Positions 27,761 to 37,344 of a stretch of DNA of 50,552 nt are shown one piece after another. A program made the position numbers and the translations under genes. The notes beneath the pieces were generated by a model, which was not told where the DNA came from, did no database searches, and saw only the letters and a program-made list of their open reading frames with translations. How positions within the stretch are numbered: the stretch's first letter is position 1; every line of letters starts with the position of its first letter. This stretch comes from Shigella phage vB_SflS-ISF001: the sequence record MG049919; one strand, given 5' to 3'.

Positions 27761-27788
27761 AAAAAAGGGACCAACTAAGTTAGTCCCT
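27761..27788 (-). terminator. intrinsic terminator after major capsid gene
   Basis: Plus AAAAAAGGGACCAACTAAGTTAGTCCC = minus hairpin + U6. Confidence 0.55.
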
Positions 27789-27794
27789 ATAATA

Positions 27795-28754
27795 TTACAC
27801 GCCAGTGATTGAGACAATAGTCATCGGACGATAAATTGTAAGGCCAGTACACTTGGAGGTGCAAGGCACTTTATAGTGAAGGTCTTTCGGCTGCGCTGGC
27901 AGCATGTTAAATGCTTCCGGGATCTCGATGGACTTTTTCATCGGATTTTTTTCGTACACCAGTACGCCTTTAGTACCCGCACCGTTGATATCTTCAAGCT
28001 CTTCGATAGAGTCGATTTCGATACCAGCATTCTGAGACTTGAAAAAGTCCAGGTAAGACATGGTAGTTTCAGGCATACGGATCGCCAGAACCTTACGCAT
28101 GGACGGCGGGATCAGAATGTTGGTTGCACGATGCTGACCGCGAGTAATCGTCTCGATGGTTTCAATCGCCTGAGTCAATTCCGCTTCAGCCGTTTCCGGC
28201 TTCGGAGTTGAGACATTCATCCACTTACCGGAGGTAATTTTGGTGATGTTCGGATGGTTGAACACGGACACGATCTTGTGCGGCGCGGAACCTTTGAACA
28301 CCAGACGGTTAACCAGTTGGTCATGCGCTAACTGACACGCGCTTGCCTTGCGGGTTGACAGCGGTCGACCAGTTGCCTGACCTGCTTTGATTTCGTCGAT
28401 TGAAATCAGGTACGCGTTACCCAAGCGGAACACCTTACCGAACTCAGAAGTACCAAGCGCATCACCCAGAGGCAGGTCATCTGTATAGTCAGCGATAATC
28501 TGCGCACTACCACCCTTATCAAAGGTCATATACACAAACATCTTGTCGGTCGGAGATAGATCGGTAGTAAACGGGAATACTCGAAGTGCGGAGCCTACCG
28601 GGTAGTCTTCTACATAGGACTGGCTTTTGATGCGGTGTAGTTCCTGAGCGGGCCAGATAGCCATCGTTGCGGCTGCATCCTGTGTTACGCCAGCCTGGAT
28701 CAGAGACATTTCAACATTGCTCTTAGCTGCTTCATCAAATTTTTTAGTAGTCAT
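27795..28754 (-). CDS. major capsid protein (putative)
   Basis: 319 aa, downstream of scaffold and decoration genes and followed by a strong terminator; TAAGGAG RBS; no motif-level confirmation. Confidence 0.6.
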   Translation of the reverse strand: MTTKKFDEAAKSNVEMSLIQAGVTQDAAATMAIWPAQELHRIKSQSYVEDYPVGSALRVFPFTTDLSPTDKMFVYMTFDKGGSAQIIADYTDDLPLGDALGTSEFGKVFRLGNAYLISIDEIKAGQATGRPLSTRKASACQLAHDQLVNRLVFKGSAPHKIVSVFNHPNITKITSGKWMNVSTPKPETAEAELTQAIETIETITRGQHRATNILIPPSMRKVLAIRMPETTMSYLDFFKSQNAGIEIDSIEELEDINGAGTKGVLVYEKNPMKKSIEIPEAFNMLPAQPKDLHYKVPCTSKCTGLTIYRPMTIVSITGV

Positions 28755-28774
28755 GATTACTTCTCCTTAGTTAA

Positions 28775-28804
28775 TAAAAAAAGCCGTGATTATGTTCACG
28801 GCTT
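28775..28804 (-). terminator. intrinsic terminator-like hairpin between decoration and capsid genes
   Basis: Plus AAAAAAAGCCGTGATTATGTTCACGGCT = minus hairpin + U7. Confidence 0.5.
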
Positions 28805-28809
28805 CAATA

Positions 28810-28828
28810 ATAGCACTTTTTGTTAAAG
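28810..28828 (-). promoter_or_regulatory. 20-mer motif copy upstream of major capsid gene
   Basis: Plus-strand ATAGCACTTTTTGTTAAAG; followed on minus strand by hairpin plus U-run and RBS. Confidence 0.45.
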
Positions 28829-28846
28829 CGTCAAAGTATTTTTGTG

Positions 28847-29614
28847 TTATGACTCTTCTTCTACGGCTGGCGCAGCATCAAAAACATAAGTGATCGATTC
28901 TTTAGTTTTGCTGGCATCGTTAGCCGTCCAATTTACGATTACGCTACCTGCCGCATCTCCACCAATTGGAGTAAGAACGCCAGATTTTGGATCTATTGTC
29001 GCAATATTTTCAGCATCAACAGACCACACGCCATTTTCATCGGTGGCATTGTCAGGTTTTACAGCAACGTTAAATTGCACAGGTGCAGTGTTTGGCTGAG
29101 GAATCTCCTTGTTAGTTGTAATCGTCGCAGTCCCAGCAAGAACCACGGGAGGGGGTGGAGGTGGAACAATAAAGGCATTTCGCTTAACCTGAACCTCAAT
29201 AATGTACCCGTCCTCGTGCTTAACAAATCCACCAGCAAAAGTCCAACCTACGGAACCAGAGCTACCAGTAACAACACCAGCAGATCCAAATTGTAACTTT
29301 GAGAACAAGGCCGGAGCTTCATTACGAGAAGTTAGCGTCCACTCGCGACCATGAGAAACGACGTTGCAAACTCCACCGTCGAGGATTTTAACGCTCAGGT
29401 GTTCATATTGGGAACGGATAGCGATTCCGTAAGGTGTTTCACCATCAGTAAGCGTGGAAACAACCTTAACGCCGTCAACAATACCGATAACTTTAACAGC
29501 GGAGCCGAACTCAATATCGCCTTGAGCAACACAAGATCCATCAATATTGTAGGTTGAAGTATTCGAAAGATTACCAGGGCACGCCGGGCGTAACATTAAA
29601 TTTACGTAAGGCAT
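28847..29614 (-). CDS. head decoration-like protein with C-terminal Ig-like (BIG2-type) domain
   Basis: N-terminal 150 aa paralogous to product of 29674-30150; poly-Pro linker; C-terminal Ig-like segment. Confidence 0.5.
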   Translation of the reverse strand: MPYVNLMLRPACPGNLSNTSTYNIDGSCVAQGDIEFGSAVKVIGIVDGVKVVSTLTDGETPYGIAIRSQYEHLSVKILDGGVCNVVSHGREWTLTSRNEAPALFSKLQFGSAGVVTGSSGSVGWTFAGGFVKHEDGYIIEVQVKRNAFIVPPPPPPVVLAGTATITTNKEIPQPNTAPVQFNVAVKPDNATDENGVWSVDAENIATIDPKSGVLTPIGGDAAGSVIVNWTANDASKTKESITYVFDAAPAVEEES

Positions 29615-29628
29615 AGTATTTTCTCCAT

Positions 29629-29656
29629 AAAAAAAGGACTACCCAAAAGGATAGTC
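29629..29656 (-). terminator. intrinsic terminator-like hairpin between the two decoration paralogs
   Basis: Plus AAAAAAAGGACTACCCAAAAGGATAGTCC = minus hairpin + U7. Confidence 0.5.
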
Positions 29657-29673
29657 CCCATATTAAACACTAA

Positions 29674-30150
29674 TTACTGTTGATGCAACTGAACTTCAAC
29701 AGGCTGAATGTCTCTATATTTGGTCCAGCCGCCAACGTAGGTCCAAGTTGTTTCGATCGTACCATCAGATTTCTCTTGACCGTCAACGTCAAGTTTTGCA
29801 GCGGTCCCGAAGGTTGGTGCTTTTTCTGATTTGGAAAGCATCCAGACTCGCCCGGAGGTCATGACGTTGTTAGCACCGACATCTTCGTAAATCATCTGAT
29901 TATCTCTGTTCACAGTCTGCCAGTGAGATCGAATAGCTACGGCATACGGCACTTTAGACGATTCCATAGCCTTAACCAATTTATGGCCGTCAACGGCTTG
30001 GCCTTGAACAACCTGTACGGCAGCGCCAACAAAAACATCACCTTCGTTACCGACGCAAGCGTCATCAATAATATACTTCGAAGTAGCCGCAACCATACCC
30101 GGAAGCGCATTAGCCATGACTCGCTGATAAGATGCATTAATCTGTGCCAT
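29674..30150 (-). CDS. head decoration-like protein (paralog of 28847-29614 N-domain)
   Basis: Shared blocks PYAVAIRS / PYGIAIRS and WTYVGGWTKY / WTFAGGFVKH; AGGGGA RBS. Confidence 0.5.
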   Translation of the reverse strand: MAQINASYQRVMANALPGMVAATSKYIIDDACVGNEGDVFVGAAVQVVQGQAVDGHKLVKAMESSKVPYAVAIRSHWQTVNRDNQMIYEDVGANNVMTSGRVWMLSKSEKAPTFGTAAKLDVDGQEKSDGTIETTWTYVGGWTKYRDIQPVEVQLHQQ

Positions 30151-30161
30151 GATATTTCCCC

Positions 30162-31274
30162 TTACATTACTTTGCTTGAACGTGAATTTGGCGTAACAGG
30201 TGCGGCGTCGTTTTTCTCTTCCGGCTTACCGCCTTCGATAGAATCGCCTTTTACCGCCTTACGCTGAATAGCCTTAATATCAGAATCCTGAGCAACATCA
30301 AACATAGCGACGATATATGCGTCTGATTTTTCGCTAAGATCTTTATCAAGCATAGCTATGACAACAGCGACCTTAACGTCTTTGAGATCAAGACCCTCAT
30401 GTTTAACGCCTGCGGTTTCCGCTACTGCGGTGACTTCAGCACGCGCTGCGGCGTCAGCTTTTTGCTTCTCTACTTCGGCCTTCACCACTTCCGGCCGGGA
30501 GTCAACCTTAACCTTCAGCGCATCGCGCTCAACTTCTAAGCCATCAGCTTTCCCCTGAATGTTGGCAATCTGCGCGGTTAATTTTTCCATACGGTTCACA
30601 ACATCTTCGGTCACTTCCACATCAACTGAGTCGATCTTAATTTTTTTCATTTGCTTGTCCTCGTTAGTTAATTGAACGTTATTATCATACGGGAACTCCT
30701 GCTCGTCATCAAGGTTTAATTTAGCAATTCCAGCGCGACCCTTGAAAACAAGTGCAATGTGGTTTACCTTGATGTTTGTTTGAACAGCATCGAATTTAAC
30801 CCAACCTTCAGGCGGCGCTTCGTCCTGTTTCATATCCTCTTCGAAGATATATTCTCCAGTCTCATTTGAACCCCATCCCGGCTTATCAATATCTACTGAC
30901 GTGTAGCCAACAGATAATTCACCAGCTTCTTTTGCTTTAGCCTTGCTGATCGCGTAGTCGCTGTAAATGCTCAAAGGGACTACAACTCCAACGCCTGAAG
31001 CAATACCAGGGCCAGCGCACGATCCTACAACAACGTCCTTAGCATTTTGCGGAGTCACCGTTACGTGACCTACTGTGATCGGCTTGCCTGCAAAACTTTG
31101 CAAGGAATCTTGCTTCAAAACTTCGAACGCCGGACGGTACTCAACGCGATCGCGGTGGGGAGTCTTGTAAACCTGAGCACCGATTCGCGCCACGATGGGA
31201 CGGTCAACCAACAAACCATTAACATCAAAGTGCGCCTTGATTTTTACCGGGTCGAATCTCTGCTTTGCCTTCAT
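30162..31274 (-). CDS. capsid scaffolding protein (possibly protease-scaffold)
   Basis: Coiled-coil, Lys/Glu/Ala-rich C-terminal half; between MuF-like and decoration genes; start at ATG with AGGAG RBS (track ORF to 31319). Confidence 0.5.
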   Translation of the reverse strand: MKAKQRFDPVKIKAHFDVNGLLVDRPIVARIGAQVYKTPHRDRVEYRPAFEVLKQDSLQSFAGKPITVGHVTVTPQNAKDVVVGSCAGPGIASGVGVVVPLSIYSDYAISKAKAKEAGELSVGYTSVDIDKPGWGSNETGEYIFEEDMKQDEAPPEGWVKFDAVQTNIKVNHIALVFKGRAGIAKLNLDDEQEFPYDNNVQLTNEDKQMKKIKIDSVDVEVTEDVVNRMEKLTAQIANIQGKADGLEVERDALKVKVDSRPEVVKAEVEKQKADAAARAEVTAVAETAGVKHEGLDLKDVKVAVVIAMLDKDLSEKSDAYIVAMFDVAQDSDIKAIQRKAVKGDSIEGGKPEEKNDAAPVTPNSRSSKVM

Positions 31275-31276
31275 TT

Positions 31277-32038
31277 TTAATCTCCTGTATAAAAGACTGG
31301 AACAGCCCAACAGGGGCAATTGTCTTCTTCACCAGGGAATACGAGATCGGAATCTACCGCTATCCGCTTACCTTCCCATCTTACATGTTTTTCACGTTCG
31401 CGTAAATCCATCACCCCGCCCCAGAAATAGTAATAGACTTCAGCGTCTTTTATGCGCGGCCGCATCCGTCTACTGTTCCAGGTTCCGACAATTCCCGACG
31501 CTCTATTTTTGGCCCAATTCCGGTTAATACCAAATCGCTCCTTAGCAAGATCAACAACAAAATCATTGCTTTTACCCTGACCGAATGCCGCACGAAGTTT
31601 AGCAGTGAAATCAGTAACCATGTTGGCGGCAAATTTCCTGATAGAAGTAGTCACCTGCGATCGCCACAGATTATATTGTCCTGAGTACCAGTTTTCGGCA
31701 GCGGTAGGACCAATCAGGGCAAGTAGCATTACGGCTTGATTCTTCTTACCTCCAGCATTTCGAGCTATTCGCAACCACTGCTTAGAGTTGAATTTATAGA
31801 TAGTTAGCGCGTCGGATGATAGAGATCCGATAATCGGCGCGATTAGAGATCCGACGTAATCAAGCAATGACATTTCCGCTTTGTCTATCTCTTCGTCGGT
31901 AGCGTCAATTTTCATCGGCTTTAATTCGTCACGCATTGTTTCAGTTAGTTTGTCTGCAACATCCTGTAGGGAGCGCGACATTGCGCGCTCGCTCATTTCA
32001 GGATAGCGCCACTGTGTTGCAACGCCATTAATCTTCAT
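31277..32038 (-). CDS. head morphogenesis protein (Mu F / SPP1 gp7-like)
   Basis: 253 aa immediately downstream of and overlapping portal gene, the usual place for MuF-like minor head protein. Confidence 0.55.
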   Translation of the reverse strand: MKINGVATQWRYPEMSERAMSRSLQDVADKLTETMRDELKPMKIDATDEEIDKAEMSLLDYVGSLIAPIIGSLSSDALTIYKFNSKQWLRIARNAGGKKNQAVMLLALIGPTAAENWYSGQYNLWRSQVTTSIRKFAANMVTDFTAKLRAAFGQGKSNDFVVDLAKERFGINRNWAKNRASGIVGTWNSRRMRPRIKDAEVYYYFWGGVMDLREREKHVRWEGKRIAVDSDLVFPGEEDNCPCWAVPVFYTGD

Positions 32039-33311
32039 CTTCTAACTTCTCCCCTGATCCCGGCTCCGGCCCTGTTGTTTCTTCCGGTTCGCGAAAGTTG
32101 ATGTTATTACCATCCTTGAGTTTGAACTCAGGCGCAATGGATAGCAACGTGTCGCGAGCTTCTTCCAGATCGATGATTTGCTCGGTGATGGCTTTCGTTG
32201 CCGACTCAATGTTGCTCTTCGTGATCTCGGATTCTTCTTTCTTGCTCGGGACCGACAGCGGCTCAAACTCGATGGACCACTCTTCTGAGTCAACAATGAA
32301 TGGCAAAATAAACTCAAGAAGCGGCCTGTAATCCTCTTCTCGTTTACGATCGATTAACTTATAGAAAGTCTCAAGCGCTGTGTTCTGACTGGCTGATACG
32401 CCACCAACGTTCTTATTCTTGATGATAATCTCATGAATACCAGAAAGCGAGACAATGCGGTCCATCTTGCTTGATAGGAACTCAGGAACTCCGCTGATAT
32501 CAGAGTTTAGAACGTCGTATTCTTCCGTCTCGGCATCGATACCGATCGCACGGCCAACACCTGAATTATCGTCAAACTGAGCCAGTCTCAAGCGCGCTCC
32601 ATACTGAGCATCATCATCATCACACATTTCAGCAAGACCTTTGACTTTCCATACCGCCTTCTGCTTACGCCACAGGATCTGAGTCGCTAGAGATTCGCAG
32701 TAGTCGTAATCGCAGATCGCATCAATCAGTGACTTGTTCAAAACTGAAGCACCCCTCCCTTGATTCTGCTTTCGAATCTGAGGTGTTACTCGCTCACCAT
32801 CAGCAATAAAAATTCTTGTGTGGTGGATTAAGTAAGGTTGAAGATTATCTCCAGGAGATACCATGTATATCGCAGGCTCACCATAGCGAGGCGATTGAGC
32901 ATTGGTTACTCTTTTTTCGATTGTAATTGCGAATCTATCATAAACACGCACACCTTCAAGTTTAGCTCCAGGTTTAACAGGGCTGGTTAACATTCTGTTG
33001 TCATTAATGATCGCTACAATAGCCGCTCCACCGTATAGGCTCGCCCAGCAAAGAACATCAACCAAGCTAGGATCAATTTTGTAACTATCCCACAGAGATT
33101 TGAACTCCTTTTCATCCTTGACTCCTGATATTTTAAAACCAGCCGTAACCATCTCTTCAGGGATCACGTCGACAATTCTTTTCTCTGTCGCGTTATCGTT
33201 ATAGAATGGGCCGACGTTATATGACGCATCAACCATAAAAAATGGTTTAGGTGAGCCGTCCGCGCCGCCGCTAAAGTTATCGTTATAACCATCATGCTTA
33301 ACAATTTTCAT
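32028..33311 (-). CDS. portal protein
   Basis: 427 aa directly downstream of large terminase; acidic C-terminus; GGAGG RBS. Confidence 0.75.
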   Translation of the reverse strand: MKIVKHDGYNDNFSGGADGSPKPFFMVDASYNVGPFYNDNATEKRIVDVIPEEMVTAGFKISGVKDEKEFKSLWDSYKIDPSLVDVLCWASLYGGAAIVAIINDNRMLTSPVKPGAKLEGVRVYDRFAITIEKRVTNAQSPRYGEPAIYMVSPGDNLQPYLIHHTRIFIADGERVTPQIRKQNQGRGASVLNKSLIDAICDYDYCESLATQILWRKQKAVWKVKGLAEMCDDDDAQYGARLRLAQFDDNSGVGRAIGIDAETEEYDVLNSDISGVPEFLSSKMDRIVSLSGIHEIIIKNKNVGGVSASQNTALETFYKLIDRKREEDYRPLLEFILPFIVDSEEWSIEFEPLSVPSKKEESEITKSNIESATKAITEQIIDLEEARDTLLSIAPEFKLKDGNNINFREPEETTGPEPGSGEKLEDED

Positions 33312-33324
33312 ACTTTCCCTCCAA

Positions 33325-33350
33325 TAAAAAAGGCCGTCAATTGACAGCCT
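33325..33350 (-). terminator. imperfect terminator-like hairpin between TerL and portal
   Basis: Plus AAAAAAGGCCGTCAATTGACAGCCTT; one mismatch in stem. Confidence 0.4.
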
Positions 33351-33367
33351 TGATTATATCTCATTTA

Positions 33368-34936
33368 TTACCGCTTAACCATCCCAGCGAGTCGCTTCAT
33401 TCTCTCGATAGGATCATCAATGGTCAGCAATTCGATGTTCGCCGCATCCATGAAGCTATCGACGATATCATCATGCGGATGGGTGTCATCGTAAGTGAAG
33501 GAGCTATGTTCTGCGATGATTTCCGCAAGCATAGGGTGCTCTTCTGGAAGAACCACGCGCCCTGCCTTAATTACTGGCTGAGCAGCCATAGCTCGGGTAA
33601 CTTTATCTTTGTTACGCTGCAATGGTGTGATTGAGATCGGAGTCTTTTTCCTTAAGTTCTGAATCAAGCCCGTCCCGCTCGCCTTATCTTCCACGTAGAT
33701 TTTGCGAAGCACGCCCATTGATTTATTGGGCCTCCATGCCTGACTCACAAAGGCGGTAAATTGTATCTCCATATCAGGCGCTTCCCACTTGCCGCGAATG
33801 CCGTCGATAAAGTAAACCTTATCGGTTTTCTTACCCCATAAACAAAAGACTGTGTAGTCGTTTAGCTCACCTGTCTTCTGAGCGGTATCAGCGGTGATAA
33901 AACGGTAATCATATTTACCCGGATCTGGCTCGTCAGCGTCAAGGCTGCTTCCGTAATAAGTCCACCACGCCGAGTTAAACACGGAGCCACCAAGCGCTAT
34001 CGGCATCTGCTGATACGGAGAGTCAAAGGTATACTGGTCCGCTTCTCGAAGAGCTAACAGGTCGTGAACGCTTTCCTTGCTGGGCCAGAATGAGTAATGC
34101 TTAACTCCATCCAATTCTACATACTCAGACGACAAAACGTCGCGCTCGAAGTATGGTTGTGACCAGTCAGGAAGCCTCTTTCCGTATTTCTCAGTTACTA
34201 GTGCCGGAATCGAGATCTGATCAAACTCAATACCCATACCTCCAATCATCATAAACCAAGTTGAATCCTGCGCGTGCAGTCGCTTCTGGATTGCGATAAT
34301 CGGCGTCTCGTTGTGCATACGACGGGATCGTATGGTGTTCTTTAATAGCATGTGAGTACGCTCACGCTTAACCTTTGAGATCATATCGACAGGCTTGTCT
34401 ATATCGTCGAGCATTACCATCCCGGAGAATCCTGGCGTCATGTAGCCGGCACGCGAACCTGTAATTCGACCGCCAGCCGCTGCGGAGATTAGTTCGAACC
34501 AGACCTTACCCTCGCTGTTAAGGATTTGCATCTCTTCGTCTTTTGATGTGCCGAACTTACAGGGCCATAGCTCCTGGAACACGTTGCTGCTGATAATCTC
34601 ACGCACTCGCTTACTGTTACGCTTAACCAGACTATCGGCAGACGACACGTTAAGGTTTCGCACCTTCTTACACTTGAGCATCGCGTAAACCGGAAGGTGG
34701 ATTGGGAACACCTCAGTCTTACCGAAACCGGGCGTGGCGTTAAAGATAGTATTCCCGCGTCGGCTTGCAATAATTTCCTCCACTTCGTGGCATAGGTAAA
34801 GGTGATGCCAGTTAGGCTGGAACTGCTGCGCCTGCATAAGCTGGAACCAGATCCGAATCATTTTTTCGAAATTGGCCTCGCTCATTTTCTTGATCCCTAA
34901 CTTCTGAGTTGCGTCGAGTTCTTCCCATTGAATCAT
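33368..34936 (-). CDS. terminase large subunit
   Basis: Walker A NATPGFGKTE; C-terminal nuclease-like region; start at ATG with CAGGAG RBS (track ORF begins at GTG 34969). Confidence 0.85.
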   Translation of the reverse strand: MIQWEELDATQKLGIKKMSEANFEKMIRIWFQLMQAQQFQPNWHHLYLCHEVEEIIASRRGNTIFNATPGFGKTEVFPIHLPVYAMLKCKKVRNLNVSSADSLVKRNSKRVREIISSNVFQELWPCKFGTSKDEEMQILNSEGKVWFELISAAAGGRITGSRAGYMTPGFSGMVMLDDIDKPVDMISKVKRERTHMLLKNTIRSRRMHNETPIIAIQKRLHAQDSTWFMMIGGMGIEFDQISIPALVTEKYGKRLPDWSQPYFERDVLSSEYVELDGVKHYSFWPSKESVHDLLALREADQYTFDSPYQQMPIALGGSVFNSAWWTYYGSSLDADEPDPGKYDYRFITADTAQKTGELNDYTVFCLWGKKTDKVYFIDGIRGKWEAPDMEIQFTAFVSQAWRPNKSMGVLRKIYVEDKASGTGLIQNLRKKTPISITPLQRNKDKVTRAMAAQPVIKAGRVVLPEEHPMLAEIIAEHSSFTYDDTHPHDDIVDSFMDAANIELLTIDDPIERMKRLAGMVKR

Positions 34937-34974
34937 ATCAATTCTCCTGTATGGGCGCTTGCGCGCCACTAACG

Positions 34975-35499
34975 TTAATGCATATCAAGAATGATGTTTA
35001 CTGCCTCTTTCATTGCATCCTCAGTAGTGGCGACTACTGTCGATGCGGAAGCTGACGAGTTTTCGATACTGATTGAGGCTGGCTTATCGATTCCCAAATC
35101 CTTACCGATAAAGGAGGCGTTATTCACACCGTTGGCAGCAAGCTGGAATTTTTGCTCGTTGATTACAGATTCCACGAACTCCATAACCTCACTGTACTCT
35201 TCCTCGCGTTTCCATTTATTGATTGCGGCCTCGCATGCTCCTATGAATAGTCGGTATCCGCTCCAAGTGAAGACGCGCGGCTGATGAACAAGTGACTCGT
35301 AAACGCCACCCTGGAAGCTGGCTGATTCTGACGCCTTGATCGCATTATCTTCGGCCCATTCATAATACTTAACTGACAGATCGAATAATTGCTCAGGAGT
35401 CATTCCCTGATTCTTCGCAAGAACAGAGCCAAACTTTTTCTTGTATAGCTCTCTGAAATTACCTCCCTGAACTACAGGGGCGTTCTTAGGTTCACTCAT
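34975..35499 (-). CDS. terminase small subunit (putative)
   Basis: 174 aa immediately upstream of TerL; AAGAGGA RBS; 20-mer motif just upstream. Confidence 0.55.
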   Translation of the reverse strand: MSEPKNAPVVQGGNFRELYKKKFGSVLAKNQGMTPEQLFDLSVKYYEWAEDNAIKASESASFQGGVYESLVHQPRVFTWSGYRLFIGACEAAINKWKREEEYSEVMEFVESVINEQKFQLAANGVNNASFIGKDLGIDKPASISIENSSASASTVVATTEDAMKEAVNIILDMH

Positions 35500-35513
35500 A
35501 AATCAATCCTCTT

Positions 35514-35534
35514 CGTTTAACATTTAGTGCTATT
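35514..35534 (-). promoter_or_regulatory. 20-mer motif copy upstream of TerS
   Basis: Minus-strand ATAGCACTAAATGTTAAAC about 15 nt upstream of RBS, after a terminator hairpin. Confidence 0.45.
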
Positions 35535-35552
35535 TTACCATATTGCAGGCAT

Positions 35553-35574
35553 AAAAAAACCCGCCGTAGCGGGT
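35553..35574 (-). terminator. intrinsic terminator between early gene block and TerS
   Basis: Plus AAAAAAACCCGCCGTAGCGGG = minus hairpin + U7, followed by 20-mer motif and TerS RBS. Confidence 0.55.
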
Positions 35575-35583
35575 TATTGATTA

Positions 35584-35811
35584 TCACGATAATCGTGGTT
35601 TAATGCCTTTATGGTGTAGCCGTGCTTTAGAAAAGCAGTGAGCAAGATCACCATTCATTTCCCACTGGTCCTTCTTAGGTGAGTAGGTCAGCCATACGCC
35701 AGTTTTATCTTTTGCTTGCATAGCCAACATGAACGCTTGAAGAACGAAGGCAGAAATTAAACCAGCACCAAAAAAAACGATACATGCGATAATCCATAAA
35801 AAAATTTCCAT
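35584..35811 (-). CDS. small membrane protein (75 aa)
   Basis: N-terminal TM helix IIACIVFFGAGLISAFVLQAF; AAGGAG RBS. Confidence 0.5.
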   Translation of the reverse strand: MEIFLWIIACIVFFGAGLISAFVLQAFMLAMQAKDKTGVWLTYSPKKDQWEMNGDLAHCFSKARLHHKGIKPRLS

Positions 35812-35812
35812 G

Positions 35813-35998
35813 TTAAAACTCCTTATTTAATTCAATGATTATTTTGTGACTGTCAAGGTTAGCGCCGGAAAGTTTTTTTCCTTTCGTGAAGGCTTCATCC
35901 TGTCGGGTTGCTGATAATTCAGTCTCGAAAGATTGTATGCATGATTGGCAAAAGTTCCCCGTCTTTCGAATCATTATTTTAACTTTGAATCGCTTCAT
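35813..35998 (-). CDS. hypothetical protein (61 aa)
   Basis: ORF track; weak RBS. Confidence 0.35.
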   Translation of the reverse strand: MKRFKVKIMIRKTGNFCQSCIQSFETELSATRQDEAFTKGKKLSGANLDSHKIIIELNKEF

Positions 35999-36140
35999 CT
36001 TCTTGCGCCTTAATCATAACGCCATCGATGCGACCAGTAACGGCCTCTTCAGTATTTAACCGTTTTTTATGAGGAGTCGTTTTGCCGGTGCGAGTTCCTT
36101 TAATTACGATTTTGACTGATTCGTCTTTGATATTTTGCAT
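35979..36140 (-). CDS. hypothetical small protein (53 aa)
   Basis: Not in ORF track; ATG preceded by AGAGGA RBS. Confidence 0.35.
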   Translation of the reverse strand: MQNIKDESVKIVIKGTRTGKTTPHKKRLNTEEAVTGRIDGVMIKAQEDEAIQS

Positions 36141-36304
36141 TATGCAATCCTCTGGAATTGTTGCCGCTTACGGGTCTGCGGCGTTGCTTAACCACTATGC
36201 AACCGAGCTTGTTAGCTGGAAGTGTGAGAATCGTCTCACGCGTTGCGCTTCTTTGCGCCTCGTCTGTCTACGGGATTAATACTATCACCGCTCAGCGATT
36301 CAGG

Positions 36305-36508
36305 TCAATCATTAATTTCGAATTGTCCCATAGTCATAACCTGCGGGAAATCAATCTCATGCAAGTTTCCATCGTCGCCTGACACATTTACGAGTCTTTT
36401 TGCTTTACCAACCTTTTCCGCATCGTGAGAGCATCCCGCTGGGAAAGCATCACTATTGCGTGCTGTAATGCATGGAACCTGATCGCCTTTCTTCGGTAAG
36501 TTAGCCAT
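36305..36508 (-). CDS. hypothetical protein (67 aa)
   Basis: ORF track; TAATG overlap with upstream gene. Confidence 0.45.
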   Translation of the reverse strand: MANLPKKGDQVPCITARNSDAFPAGCSHDAEKVGKAKRLVNVSGDDGNLHEIDFPQVMTMGQFEIND

Positions 36509-36738
36509 TATTCGTAATCCCCCTCTATGTTACCTACACGCCATGCGATAAACCCGGCAGTCGAGACAAACTTGGATCGGTCAATCAGTAGCTGAACCTT
36601 TTTGTGATGAGTTGAGATCACATCAATCATAATCTTTTCGTTTTTGCGAACTTCTTTCTTCATTCCGCTAACAAATTTATTCAATTCCTTCGCTGCGCGC
36701 TTTACTACGTTCCATACCGCTTCAGTTAAACCGAACAT
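36508..36738 (-). CDS. hypothetical protein (76 aa)
   Basis: ORF track; TAATG overlap with upstream gene. Confidence 0.45.
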   Translation of the reverse strand: MFGLTEAVWNVVKRAAKELNKFVSGMKKEVRKNEKIMIDVISTHHKKVQLLIDRSKFVSTAGFIAWRVGNIEGDYE

Positions 36739-37082
36739 TATTTACCTCTCCCAAATGAATAATTAACACCTATAACCTGATTGTAAACTGATACCATGTA
36801 TCGCAACTGATATTGAGCAACCTTTGAAGGGCTTAATTCATCAGTAAATTGGTCATCAACTTTGATTTCTTTTATATGCTTGGGCTTCCATGCCTTGATG
36901 ATATTTGGCAGGATTCGCTCGCTTTTCCAGGCTGCATACTCAGCTTGCTTCGTTGACACAGGAGTAAGTTGTATTTCGATCTGGTTTAGCAACTCGGCGG
37001 CTGCTCCTTTTGTATGCAACTGGTCGCCGATCACATCAAGGAGTACACGAGCTTGCTTCTCTGACAGGTTAATCGTAATCAT
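36738..37082 (-). CDS. hypothetical protein (114 aa)
   Basis: ORF track; ATGA overlap with upstream gene. Confidence 0.45.
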   Translation of the reverse strand: MITINLSEKQARVLLDVIGDQLHTKGAAAELLNQIEIQLTPVSTKQAEYAAWKSERILPNIIKAWKPKHIKEIKVDDQFTDELSPSKVAQYQLRYMVSVYNQVIGVNYSFGRGK

Positions 37083-37288
37083 GCCTCTTCCGCCTCATCT
37101 GCGATCGGTGTAAAAGACTGAGTGTACACTGCCAGGTTGTAATAAACCCAGTCATCATAGTCGCTATCTTTCACTTCAATGAACACGTCGCAACCGTCAT
37201 GCATGAAATCAGCGTTATCAGTATGAACGCGTTCGAATACTTCAGAACTTTTATTGCAAGTGAAAAACTTATCAACTGACACCATCAT
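37079..37288 (-). CDS. small acidic protein (69 aa)
   Basis: ORF track; first gene behind promoter cassette at 37345-37364; Asp/Glu-rich. Confidence 0.45.
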   Translation of the reverse strand: MMVSVDKFFTCNKSSEVFERVHTDNADFMHDGCDVFIEVKDSDYDDWVYYNLAVYTQSFTPIADEAEEA

Positions 37289-37344
37289 TTCGATTTTCTC
37301 TCTTCGTTGTCGATGAGGTGACTATATCAAATCACCCCACCGAC

